Assembly (NCBI GenBank): GCA_038526245.1
Contig: JBCBGZ010000009.1
Span: forward strand, 1,874-65,873
Reading direction: 5' to 3'
Source of the DNA: Pseudomonadota bacterium
Lineage (GTDB): Bacteria > Pseudomonadota > Alphaproteobacteria > Caulobacterales > Hyphomonadaceae
DNA length: 64,000 nucleotides
The translations under genes were made by a program, and so were the position numbers. The notes beneath the pieces were generated by a model. It had not been told where the DNA came from and did no database searches. It was given only the letters and a program-made list of their open reading frames with translations. Positions within the stretch are counted from its first letter, which is position 1. Every line of letters starts with the position of its first letter. Positions 13,010 to 22,245 of this stretch are shown here, piece after piece.

Positions 13010-14950
13010 GTGCGCGTGGATGGATCATACAGAACAACACCCGAAGCCTTTCGGGTCGGCCGGATCGACGTTGATCCCCAGTGCAATCTCATCATAGGCG
13101 AGCATACCGAGATCAGCATCGAGCCGCGGATCATGGACGTGCTCTGCGTGTTGGTGGAGCATGCTGGCGACGTGGTGGCGCGCGATACGCTGATTGAGCA
13201 AGTCTGGCGCGTTGAGCATGGCGGCGATGACAGTCTCAGCCGCGCGATATCCCTGTTGCGGAAAACCCTGCGCGATGCAGGTGAGACTGACACGGTGATC
13301 GAAACGATCCCGAAGCGTGGATACAAGCTGACCTTACCCGTTAAGGCACTCAGTCGTGCGGAATTGCCGGGGGGTTTGTTTTTGGACAACGCACCAGACG
13401 AAACGGCCGACGCGCGACCCGACAAATCATCAGGACGGGGGCTGGCGCTCGCAATTGTCGCGGCAACCTTGATGTGCGCTGGCGTACTTGCGGTCCTGCT
13501 CACCCGGCCTGCCCCGGATACGCAAACGGTATCGGTTGAAATCGACCGGGTGTGGCTCGCCCTAGTCCAAACCGTCAGCGACACACCCCAGACAGAACGG
13601 TTCGCGAGCAATCTGCGCGCCCAGATGTCGAGCCAGCTCCTCGCGAATGGGCTGTTCACCACGCTGGCTGCGGGCGGCGAAGCACAAGGCCAGAAATTTG
13701 ACATTACCACACGCGTTGACGGCGGGGAGGACATGCTCCGCGTCACGGTGAACTTGGTGGACCATCCCAGCCAACTCCTGCTGTGGTCGCGGGTCTTCGA
13801 GCCCAGCGAGGAAGGTCAAGCCTTCGACCTGACCGTCTCGACGCGCCTTGCGGGCGTGCTGGGCTGTATGACCCGCTGGCGGCCGGATTTTCGTGAGACA
13901 CCTGTGGAGACTCTGGCGCTTTATGCCCGGTTCTGCGAACGACTGTACGAGGCGAAGATGGGCGATGTCCTGACATTCTCACAGCCGATCTATGACGCAG
14001 ACCCAACCAATCCCTACGCCATCAGCCTGCACGCCTGGGCGACGGTGCTGGAAGCCAAACATCAGGAGAGCCCCGAAGACAGCGAAATCCTCTTCGCAGA
14101 CGCCAAGGACTTGATCGTCCCCATCCTGGACAGCGATCCAGAACACCCGTTTGCCAATTTCGTTGCTGGCGCAATCAGTTGGACCCGAAGTGGCGGGAAA
14201 GATCTGATTGAGGTGGAGAACCGGATGCGGATCGCGTCCGCGCCCCAGGCGATGCCAGACGAATTCTACACGCTGTATTCCAATTTTCTGCGGTCCGTCG
14301 GGCGATTTTCTGCCGCGTCGGACATGTTTTACAAGGCCGCATCCAACCACCCCAACGATCCTGAACTGCTGACGCAGATGGGATGGATTTTCGCGTCGCT
14401 GGGCGATTACGGTGCGATGGAACGCCAATTTGATCGCGCAGCGGAGATTGATCCCGATCTTTGGCTGCTGCACTTGCGCCGCCTTCAAAGCAAGGTGTTC
14501 CTCAGGGATGATCCGGAAGACGCCCTCGCCTTCCTGCGCCAGCCACCAGAAGGCGATTACCAGGCGCCCGAGAACTACCAGCAATGCTACCGAATATTTC
14601 TCAGGCTGAAACAGGGCGTTGTGAATGACCCTACGGCGCTCGAAGAGGCCTGCCGCGGCGTCGCCTACCACTGGCCGATGCGCATGTATGTTGCGCTGGG
14701 CGAAATTGATCGGGCCTGGGCGCTGATCGAAGGCGGAGCCGATGCCACAGTTTATGACGAGACCATCATACACTTCTATCCAGACATGGCCCCGTTCCGA
14801 CAAGACCACCGATTCTGGATCATGATGGACCGGTATGGGCTGGTGGACTATTGGGCCGAGACCGACCGTTGGCCAGACTTCTGCACCATGGAAGCCCTGC
14901 CAGTGGATTGCCGCACCATGGCGCGGCGCGCGATCTCCGAGACAGACTGA
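13010..14950 (+). CDS. CadC/ToxR-like membrane-bound transcriptional regulator (winged helix + TM + TPR-like sensor)
   Basis: OmpR/PhoB-type wHTH (IEPRIMDVLCVLVEHAGDVVARDTLIEQVW...LSRAISLLRKTL...IETIPKRGYKL), one TM (LALAIVAATLMCAGVLAVLL) and a ~450-aa C-terminal region. GTG start. Confidence 0.75.
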   Translation: MRVDGSYRTTPEAFRVGRIDVDPQCNLIIGEHTEISIEPRIMDVLCVLVEHAGDVVARDTLIEQVWRVEHGGDDSLSRAISLLRKTLRDAGETDTVIETIPKRGYKLTLPVKALSRAELPGGLFLDNAPDETADARPDKSSGRGLALAIVAATLMCAGVLAVLLTRPAPDTQTVSVEIDRVWLALVQTVSDTPQTERFASNLRAQMSSQLLANGLFTTLAAGGEAQGQKFDITTRVDGGEDMLRVTVNLVDHPSQLLLWSRVFEPSEEGQAFDLTVSTRLAGVLGCMTRWRPDFRETPVETLALYARFCERLYEAKMGDVLTFSQPIYDADPTNPYAISLHAWATVLEAKHQESPEDSEILFADAKDLIVPILDSDPEHPFANFVAGAISWTRSGGKDLIEVENRMRIASAPQAMPDEFYTLYSNFLRSVGRFSAASDMFYKAASNHPNDPELLTQMGWIFASLGDYGAMERQFDRAAEIDPDLWLLHLRRLQSKVFLRDDPEDALAFLRQPPEGDYQAPENYQQCYRIFLRLKQGVVNDPTALEEACRGVAYHWPMRMYVALGEIDRAWALIEGGADATVYDETIIHFYPDMAPFRQDHRFWIMMDRYGLVDYWAETDRWPDFCTMEALPVDCRTMARRAISETD

Positions 14951-14962
14951 GCACTTCGCAAC

Positions 14963-16795
14963 TCAGGCTTCGGTGAATTGCAACTCCGCCAGCCGGGCAT
15001 AAAGGCCGCCTGCAGCGACCAAGTCATCATGGGTACCCTGCTCCACAATCCGGCCCGCATCCATCACAATGATCCTATCAGCCCGGCGCACGGTGGCGAG
15101 ACGGTGAGCAATGACCAGGGTTGTGCGCCCCTCCGCAGCCTTCGCAATGGCGCGCTGAACCGCAGACTCACTTTCGCTGTCCAACGCACTGGTCGCTTCA
15201 TCCAGCAGAAGCACCGGCGCATCGCGGACAAGGGCACGGGCGAGGGCAATCCTCTGGCGCTGCCCCCCGGACAGGCCCCGTCCCTTCTGACCCAGTTCGG
15301 CGTCCAGTCCACCCTTGGTCTCCAGAAAAGCCCGGGCTTCGGCCATGTCCGCGGCCTCCAGCAGCTCTGAATCGGACGCCTCGAGGCCTCCAAATGCAAT
15401 GTTTTCGCGCGCGGTCCCGGTAAACAACGCAGATTCCTGGGGTGCATAGGCAAACTGACCGCGCCAGGCGTCGAGGTCACAGCTCTTCGCAGGGACGCCG
15501 TCGAGCCGCACGGCGCCAGCCTCCGGATCAAACAACCGCAAAGCGAGGCGAAAGACAGTGGATTTTCCGGCGCCACTGGGGCCGACAAGTGCGATGAAAT
15601 CGCCTGGTTTCACAGCCAGAGAAAAGTCTGAAAGCGCAGGTGCCTCGCCAGGCGCATATCGGAAAGTCACATCGTTAAAACTCAAAGCCCCGCTGGTGCG
15701 CTCCGGCAAGGCCACTGGCTGTGCAGGGCTTGTGATCTCCGGCTGCGCACTCAGCACATCTGCGGCCCGGTCTGCCGCGCCTGCCGCGCGCATCACTTCG
15801 CCGTAGACCTCTCCAAGCATGCCGAACCCCGACCCGGCGTAGAGCGCATACAGCACCATCGCCGTGAGATCTCCGCCGGTCATCGCACCGGTGGCCACCG
15901 CGCGGGCCCCAAGCCACAGAACCAGCGTGATCCCGCCAAAAGCGAGGATCGAAATCAGCAGCATCATCCAAGCGCGTACCGTGTTGCGCTTCAGGGCGGC
16001 AGCGAAGGTTTCTTCCACGGCCCGGGTGAACCGGGCCTTTCGGGCGCGCCCCTGGCCGTAGGCCTGGACGAGTTCGATGGCGTCGAGGGTTTCGGCGGCT
16101 TCTGCCCCGGCATCGGCCAGAGCAGACTGGGTTTGGTTGGAGAGACTGCGAATAATCCGGCCGACGGCCATGATTGGCAGGATTGCCAAGGGAATGATCA
16201 CCAACAACATGCCGCCCAACTGCCAGTTCACCAAAAGCATGGCGATTAATGCGCCCACGGTGTTGAGCAAGGTACGCGTGGCCAGCGACATGGACGAGCC
16301 GAGGAAGTTCTCGATCAGCGCCACATCCGCGGTCAGGCGCGAGACAGCCTCTCCCGAACGCATCTTTGAATGATACCGGGAGGAGAGTCCCAACATATGC
16401 CCGTAAAGATCCCGGCGCAGATCGGCCGCAATCCTTTCGCCGAACCGGGACACAAAGTAAAACCGTAGCGCACCCACCCCCCCCAATGCGACGGCTGCGA
16501 GAAACACAAACAGGAAATTCTGGTTGATGGCGCCCAACACGGCATCCGTGCTCGCGCCCGCGCCAAACCCCGCATCGACAGCACCGCCAAACAAGATGGG
16601 AATGGTCAGCGAAATCACGGTGCCCATGAGCAGGAACACCAAAGCCGCCCCAACGGTCAGCTTGTGCTGCAAGGCGTAGGGCAACAGCATCGCTAAGGGT
16701 TTTAGGCTCCGTCCCTTCGGCCTTTCGTCCGCCGCGGCGCGCGTATCGACCGCTGAGCGACGGTCGATTTCAACGGTTTCAGTGTCTTGCGCCAT
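14963..16795 (-). CDS. ABC exporter, fused permease/ATPase (ABCB/MsbA type)
   Basis: Six-TM domain plus NBD: Walker A GPSGAGKST, signature LSGGQRQRIALARAL, Walker B VLLLDEATSALD. The start is moved to ATG 16795, which has GGAG upstream. Confidence 0.9.
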   Translation of the reverse strand: MAQDTETVEIDRRSAVDTRAAADERPKGRSLKPLAMLLPYALQHKLTVGAALVFLLMGTVISLTIPILFGGAVDAGFGAGASTDAVLGAINQNFLFVFLAAVALGGVGALRFYFVSRFGERIAADLRRDLYGHMLGLSSRYHSKMRSGEAVSRLTADVALIENFLGSSMSLATRTLLNTVGALIAMLLVNWQLGGMLLVIIPLAILPIMAVGRIIRSLSNQTQSALADAGAEAAETLDAIELVQAYGQGRARKARFTRAVEETFAAALKRNTVRAWMMLLISILAFGGITLVLWLGARAVATGAMTGGDLTAMVLYALYAGSGFGMLGEVYGEVMRAAGAADRAADVLSAQPEITSPAQPVALPERTSGALSFNDVTFRYAPGEAPALSDFSLAVKPGDFIALVGPSGAGKSTVFRLALRLFDPEAGAVRLDGVPAKSCDLDAWRGQFAYAPQESALFTGTARENIAFGGLEASDSELLEAADMAEARAFLETKGGLDAELGQKGRGLSGGQRQRIALARALVRDAPVLLLDEATSALDSESESAVQRAIAKAAEGRTTLVIAHRLATVRRADRIIVMDAGRIVEQGTHDDLVAAGGLYARLAELQFTEA

Positions 16796-16939
16796 AGGGT
16801 CTCCGGGACCTGTGGAAAGAAACGGCATCCAGCGCCTTGATCAAGTCCTGTGGATCATGTATTCGGCGCGCTTGATTTTTACGCGTGGTCAAACGCGCGC
16901 ACCCATGTTTTGCGCCCACGGCTTAAAGAGGCAGGCACG

Positions 16940-17155
16940 ATGAAATCCGAAGGACATCCCGACTATCACTTCATCACGGTTGTGATGAATGACGGCACCG
17001 AATACCAGACCCGTTCGACCTACGGAAAAGAAGGCGATCGCCTCGTCCTGGATATCGACCCCACCACGCACCCGGCCTGGACCGGCGGCGGCGCCCGCAT
17101 TTCTGACCGCGGCCGCGTGTCCAAGTTCAAGGACAAGTTCAAGGGCTTCATGTAA
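16940..17155 (+). CDS. rpmE: 50S ribosomal protein L31 (Cys-less type)
   Basis: [50 protein letters not shown]. The ORF-track start at 16850 lies upstream of the conserved N-terminus. Confidence 0.95.
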   Translation: MKSEGHPDYHFITVVMNDGTEYQTRSTYGKEGDRLVLDIDPTTHPAWTGGGARISDRGRVSKFKDKFKGFM

Positions 17156-17179
17156 GCCTTACCCCAACACGAAATCAGA

Positions 17180-17210
17180 AGCCCTCGCCCACTGTGGTCG
17201 GGGGCTTTTT
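17180..17210 (+). terminator. rho-independent terminator of rpmE
   Basis: AGCCCTCG-11 nt-CGGGGGCT (8-bp stem with one G:U) followed by TTTTT. The stop codon of the convergent patatin gene (17211-17213) abuts it. Confidence 0.75.
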
Positions 17211-19973
17211 CTATTCGGGGCCTGTTGTGTCCTCTGGCGTCTCGGAACATGTCGCAAAGCCGTCCAGGCACAGCGCATCGTGCAGGGCCGGGATCTGGTG
17301 GTCCACACGGCGCAGGATCGGCTCACCGGCATCACCAAGCAGCCACCCCAATGGAAGGTCCACCGGACGGGGCTTGTAAACCGGGGTTTCACTGGCTGTA
17401 TCGCCATAGGCGTCCCGGCCGCCACACACTTCATCGGCTTGCGCCTGAAGCGGTGAGGTCAGCCACTGGTATCCGGAAGAAGATACATCCTCCTTGAAAG
17501 CAACTTGGAAACGCGGGTCGGGTCCATCGCAATCATCAGCCGGTCTTGCGCTAACTGGATCAGCGAGAAACCCATTCAAATCTTCGCAGTGGCTGTCTCC
17601 TTCTGCTAATCGATCGCCTTCAATCGTTCGGCAGAGCTGGGCAATAGGCACCTGGCCATGGGCGCCCCGCGCCTTGAGAACACCGTTCAGTGGGACCGCA
17701 AAATCGAAAAAGGCGGGCAAGCGCGCTTCGGGCAAATCGCCGGGCAAACCGCGATAATTGATGTGAAGCACCACGATCAGCTTATCAGGCGCGATGCGGC
17801 GAAGTTGGGCAACTGCGCGCTGGATGCCCGCAGCGCCGGAATTGTCATAGTAGCCGCCATCGATGAAAGGCCCTGCGCCCCGTTGATCGCAATCCACATT
17901 GCCAGGGCACAACCGCCCCGGTGGACTGATCAGCGGAAAGCGAGCGGACATATGCGCAGCGCTTGCGACATCGAGATAGGCTCCCGGCGTGCTCCCTGGT
18001 TCGATCACGTCCAGAACGTTCCAATAGGGATAGGCATTGGCCCAGCCGGGTTCTTCATCGAGGTCGGCGCCCGAAAGACGATCTCCATAGCGGACATTGC
18101 TGACAATCGCAGGCTGACCTGATCGAACATCAAACGTGTTGAACACGACGATGGGCGGTGCTCCCCCAGATCCGAGCTCGCCACCTGTTCCACTGGCAAG
18201 GGCAACCGCTTCAAGAAAGCCCAGGGCGGGGGCTTCCAGATCGGCCTCCCCGTCTCTGAGATCGGCATCTGTCTGACGGAAGCCCTGCCGGAAGGAGTCT
18301 TCGAACACGCCTGCCCGATCGAACTTGTCTTTGAAGCTGCAATCGGTGAACACGCACCAGCTGATGTTCATTGGAAAGTCGCGCAGCATGAAGCCGGACA
18401 TGAGGGGAGAGAAGAAGTCTTTCTGCAGGAAGCTGGTGGTCAGCAGAGGGAGATAGGATCTATCCGGTCTGACCTCGTTGCTGGGGCTGAACGCGAAATC
18501 ACAGCCACCCGTTTGCGCCTCCAATGCGCGGAACTGATTGCCGCGGTTCATTTCCGCCCGCGCGCTCAAATAGGCCCCGAGGCCCACCGACCCGCCGGAA
18601 ACGCCCGACATGGCAAAAATCGAGTCGTAGAATTCGGTGTCCTGGGAATCGAGGCATGTCATTACAGCGGCCGTGTGTAGGGCTGCGCGAATCCCGCCGC
18701 CTTCAGCCAGTACGATGATGGCAGGGGCATCCCTGGCTGCGCGCGCGTCGACCCATGACTGGACCGCTTCATCAACATTCTGAACAGATAGATCGTCGCG
18801 CTCTGCGACCGACTGGATCTGAATGTTGTGGTAGTTCGACGTCCCCACAGCGCCGGATAGGATCGCCACGCCCAGAATAAAGAATGCGAACGGCATGCTT
18901 TCACGGCGAGCATTCAGATAAGCGAAAAACGCGAATACACCGCCCAGCGCCAAGAGGCACACCAGGAGCGTCGCAACGGGGCCGGCGAAACCAGCGACGG
19001 CAGCAGGTCGCAAGGCAAAACCCAGCATCAACGCGGCGAAAACGACCACAAAAGCCCAGGACACACGTGTTCGGCGCCGCCCATACACAAAGAACTGGTT
19101 CGTATTCGAGTAGAACTGGCGCATCATCCAGGTCGTGGTGTTGGCGGTGGTCCAGAGGATCGACAACAAAAGGGCAGCCAAAGAGACATAAACCCCGGTC
19201 GCAGCGCTCGAGGCAAAATCGAGCGTACGCAATCCGTTTCGAACCGTTTCCATGACGGGGCCCGCCAGCACGCCGGACGTGAAAGCCAGCAGCCAAACGA
19301 TAATCAGTGCATTGAGGAGCCAGATCGCCGTGGTCTCAACGGCGCGCAGCCATGCGCTCGGTTTTGGATTGCGCCAGGCAGGCGTCGAGAAATCGTAGAT
19401 GGCGCTGGCGATGAATACCAGCACGACGCCATAGCCAATCCGGGCGCGCACATCGCCAATCCAGCTAAAGGTGCTTTCCTGATATTCGACCCAATTCTGC
19501 AGGTAGAACAGAAGCAATGCGACGGGTAACGCCAAAGCCGCAACCGCCGCCACACGAAACCTTGCCCGCAGACGCGGCTCTGCCCGGCTTGAAAACGGAT
19601 AGTATACGTTGATCGAGCGAAGGACCGCTTCATGCACGGCAGCGGAAAAAAACATGAGCGCCAGGAACGAGCATACCATGCGCCAATGCCCGCCCGGGTA
19701 ATTCAGGCTCACCGAGTACTTTAGCGCTTCTCGGCCCTGGCTCGTGCCTGTTGCAATCAACAATGCCGCCACAACCGCCGCCAGAATGGGCCATGCGGTC
19801 CGGACCATGTTCAAATAACTGGTCAAAACCGACCAGCGCGTGGGTTTATCATTGTTCCAAATGGCCTGCAGGGCGGGCCAAAGGCCCTGACTCATGGGCC
19901 GTGTGAATGTGTCTGTCAGGTCATCGGCAATAGCCGACACTTTCAGGTGAGAAGAACCGCTCTGATCTGTCAT
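17211..19973 (-). CDS. polytopic membrane protein with patatin-like phospholipase domain and Cys-rich C-terminal region
   Basis: About nine hydrophobic segments in the first ~370 aa. Patatin motifs follow: IIVLAEGGGIRAAL (oxyanion GGGxR), AMSGVSGGSVG (GxSxG) and FIDGGYYDNSG (catalytic Asp-Gly-Gly). There are 12 Cys after the TM region. GAGG SD overlaps the upstream stop. Confidence 0.8.
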   Translation of the reverse strand: MTDQSGSSHLKVSAIADDLTDTFTRPMSQGLWPALQAIWNNDKPTRWSVLTSYLNMVRTAWPILAAVVAALLIATGTSQGREALKYSVSLNYPGGHWRMVCSFLALMFFSAAVHEAVLRSINVYYPFSSRAEPRLRARFRVAAVAALALPVALLLFYLQNWVEYQESTFSWIGDVRARIGYGVVLVFIASAIYDFSTPAWRNPKPSAWLRAVETTAIWLLNALIIVWLLAFTSGVLAGPVMETVRNGLRTLDFASSAATGVYVSLAALLLSILWTTANTTTWMMRQFYSNTNQFFVYGRRRTRVSWAFVVVFAALMLGFALRPAAVAGFAGPVATLLVCLLALGGVFAFFAYLNARRESMPFAFFILGVAILSGAVGTSNYHNIQIQSVAERDDLSVQNVDEAVQSWVDARAARDAPAIIVLAEGGGIRAALHTAAVMTCLDSQDTEFYDSIFAMSGVSGGSVGLGAYLSARAEMNRGNQFRALEAQTGGCDFAFSPSNEVRPDRSYLPLLTTSFLQKDFFSPLMSGFMLRDFPMNISWCVFTDCSFKDKFDRAGVFEDSFRQGFRQTDADLRDGEADLEAPALGFLEAVALASGTGGELGSGGAPPIVVFNTFDVRSGQPAIVSNVRYGDRLSGADLDEEPGWANAYPYWNVLDVIEPGSTPGAYLDVASAAHMSARFPLISPPGRLCPGNVDCDQRGAGPFIDGGYYDNSGAAGIQRAVAQLRRIAPDKLIVVLHINYRGLPGDLPEARLPAFFDFAVPLNGVLKARGAHGQVPIAQLCRTIEGDRLAEGDSHCEDLNGFLADPVSARPADDCDGPDPRFQVAFKEDVSSSGYQWLTSPLQAQADEVCGGRDAYGDTASETPVYKPRPVDLPLGWLLGDAGEPILRRVDHQIPALHDALCLDGFATCSETPEDTTGPE

Positions 19974-19981
19974 GTCCGACC

Positions 19982-21298
19982 TCAGAGCTCATCTGTTGTC
20001 TGGGACAAGTCTTCCAGCCGCCGGGGCGCCTCGATGCGTCGGAACGCCTTCGTAATCAGGCGCTCATCCTCATCGGTATAGCCCAGCAGTGCGACGCCCT
20101 TAATCTTGCTGTTCGCAATTCGCTCCGGCGAGAAGTAGGCCACGATGGCTCGGACCATCTCCATCGCGTTTCTTTCCGCTTTCTGGGGAGATGCGTAAGA
20201 GCCGATCAAGGGAATGATCACGGTTCTCAGGGGCTGTTGGAACCGTGTCTTGTTGCTGTCGTCCATCGCGCTGAGCACGCCTGTGACGCATTTCGCAATC
20301 TTGTCGCCGGATACCGCTCTATACCCAGCACCGGGTTCGCGGCCCTTCAATTCCACCGCAGCAACATGGGCGACGGCTTTCACCAGATTCACGCTCTTGA
20401 GGTCCCCCTTGGTGGACGTGAGCTGTGCAAACCCTGGCTCTACGGGCCCAGCAGGCAGTTTCTGCGCCACTTGCCGACGCATGAAATCATCGCTGCGCGT
20501 GCCGCCACCCGTCCATTTCGATGACAGATGCCGAATTGTTCCCGAGATAGACGTATCGAACACGCGGGCCATTTCGAGGTGGGTGTTCTCCGGGTTCACC
20601 CAGACATCGACCCCCTTCACCATGCGGATATCACCGACTGCAATCGCTACGCGCGGGCTATTGGCCAAGCCGCTCAACGCATACTGTCGATACTGCGGCG
20701 CCTTACCCTTTTTTCGGTCTGATCCACGCAAGGAAACGGAAAGCGCTTCAAGGTCTTTGTAGACGGGGCTGAACCGCTCACCGGCGACGGTCGGTCCCAT
20801 CGCCTCAATGACCTTCGCCTTTACCCGGCTGCGAACGTCGGCCTCCTGTTCCGCATCCTGACCGGCATAGAGTGCAATATCGGCCACGGGTCGCGGGTAT
20901 GACACCATGCGATAGTGCTGGTTTCGATCAATCGCGATGGCGGGCCCCTTCGACAGGACGAGCCGCATACTGAGATAGCTCAGAGCGCGGTGATCATAGT
21001 CGGTCACATCTGCAATGCAGAGTTCAGCCAGATGCATCGCTCGGTAAGCCATCTCCATATCGGCATCGGAGCCGGCAAGGCGACGATTTAAGCGTACAAC
21101 CTGGATCGCTCGCCCAAGCGTGGCCTCAGCCTCGCTGATGGCCGGCAAAATCACCCGTTCCTGAAACGCCTTCGCCTTTCTGTGCGCTTCATGATCGAAC
21201 GGGCTGATGAGGACAATGTCTGCCTCGTCAATGTCCTGTCGCGTGGCGAGTTCTTCGTCCAGCGCCGGTTCGTCCCCCGAATGGCTGTCGTTGGACAT
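19982..21298 (-). CDS. two-domain protein: nucleoside-2-deoxyribosyltransferase/TIR-like Rossmannoid N-domain + divergent macro domain
   Basis: N-domain: IVLISPFDHEAHRKAKAFQERVILPAI...AELCIADVTDYDH...SKGPAIAI. C-domain: VAIAVGDIRMVKGVDVWVNPENTHL...GFAQLTST...AVAHVAAV...TVIIPLIGSYASP, which aligns by eye with the macro pattern GDIT..VD.IVNAAN / G.A..T / H.VGP / S.AFP.I.TG but lacks the GGG loop. Start set at ATG 21298 (AGAGGG SD). Confidence 0.6.
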   Translation of the reverse strand: MSNDSHSGDEPALDEELATRQDIDEADIVLISPFDHEAHRKAKAFQERVILPAISEAEATLGRAIQVVRLNRRLAGSDADMEMAYRAMHLAELCIADVTDYDHRALSYLSMRLVLSKGPAIAIDRNQHYRMVSYPRPVADIALYAGQDAEQEADVRSRVKAKVIEAMGPTVAGERFSPVYKDLEALSVSLRGSDRKKGKAPQYRQYALSGLANSPRVAIAVGDIRMVKGVDVWVNPENTHLEMARVFDTSISGTIRHLSSKWTGGGTRSDDFMRRQVAQKLPAGPVEPGFAQLTSTKGDLKSVNLVKAVAHVAAVELKGREPGAGYRAVSGDKIAKCVTGVLSAMDDSNKTRFQQPLRTVIIPLIGSYASPQKAERNAMEMVRAIVAYFSPERIANSKIKGVALLGYTDEDERLITKAFRRIEAPRRLEDLSQTTDEL

Positions 21299-21333
21299 GT
21301 CACCCTCTTGCATGTGCGTCCCCTGAAAAAAAG

Positions 21334-22245
21334 CTACCGGGCGGATTGAGCGTTGCAGAAGAACGTCAGCCCGCGCTCCAATTGGCCAGCGCATGCCGGT
21401 GAGCGCTCGTCGCCATCGCTGGCGCACGCCGACCCCGCGGGCTCAATGGCCAGGACACTGGCCACATCTGCGGCGGCATAAATGTAGCCATTGCGAGCAA
21501 ACACCGCCGAATTGTCCCCTGTCTGGGCGCGTGTCCGCATCGTGTTCAGCCATGTGGGGCTGCCCGACTGCGCTGCAGCGTTGAAGGCGCAGGCATTGGC
21601 AATCTGGCGCTCAGAGATCGGTGTCAAATCCTGATCGCCCAAAGGAAACGCTGAGATGGCGTCCTGGTAGGTGGGCCAGTCCTGGGTCACGGCGACACCG
21701 TAGCTCTCCGCACTGGCCTTGGCGGCCTCGGCATCATCATTGGAGACAGCAGCCTCGAATTCAGCCAGCGCCGTTTCGCTGCCATTGAGGACCTGCACCA
21801 TGGTGCCTGCAGCGCAACGATAGCCGAGGCGGGGGTCCGCTGTTCCGTCACCACAGGCTTCCTGAAGCGCCGATGTCGCCGAAAGCACTTCCGTGCGATA
21901 GGCGCCAACAGCGTCAGCGCCAGCGGGCGTCATCATCGCTGCCATGTCGTAGGCGTTCGCTGCGATGGACAACCAAACCAGGCGCGCATCACTGTCATCG
22001 GCAGCCGCATCGGCCTTGCCATTGGCATCTTCAGCCAGCGCTGCCATGGCATCGACTGCAGCCTGTAGAGCCTCCGGCGTGTCGGCTCCAAGGGCATCCT
22101 CAGCGTGCCCTTCAAGCCGGCTGTCATAGCCCGAAGTCAGGTTGAAAATGTTCATCCCGGTCACGGTGCCGCCGTTATCGGTGGTGGCACACCCGGCCAG
22201 AACGATGGAAGCGGTTGCCAGGAGGGCTGCGAAACGGTGGGTCAT
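21334..22245 (-). CDS. Ala-rich lipoprotein of unknown function
   Basis: Lipobox MTHRFAALLATASIVLAGC, six further Cys, GAAGGAG SD. The start overlaps the upstream stop (ATGA). Confidence 0.7.
   Translation of the reverse strand: MTHRFAALLATASIVLAGCATTDNGGTVTGMNIFNLTSGYDSRLEGHAEDALGADTPEALQAAVDAMAALAEDANGKADAAADDSDARLVWLSIAANAYDMAAMMTPAGADAVGAYRTEVLSATSALQEACGDGTADPRLGYRCAAGTMVQVLNGSETALAEFEAAVSNDDAEAAKASAESYGVAVTQDWPTYQDAISAFPLGDQDLTPISERQIANACAFNAAAQSGSPTWLNTMRTRAQTGDNSAVFARNGYIYAAADVASVLAIEPAGSACASDGDERSPACAGQLERGLTFFCNAQSAR

Noticed and set aside
16866-16898. Inverted repeat GCGCGCTTGA / TCAAACGCGC (9 of 10 bp) in the rpmE leader
   Set aside because: It could be an operator or leader structure. 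However, it has one mismatch and a 13-nt loop, and I know of no L31 leader motif in this clade that would support it.
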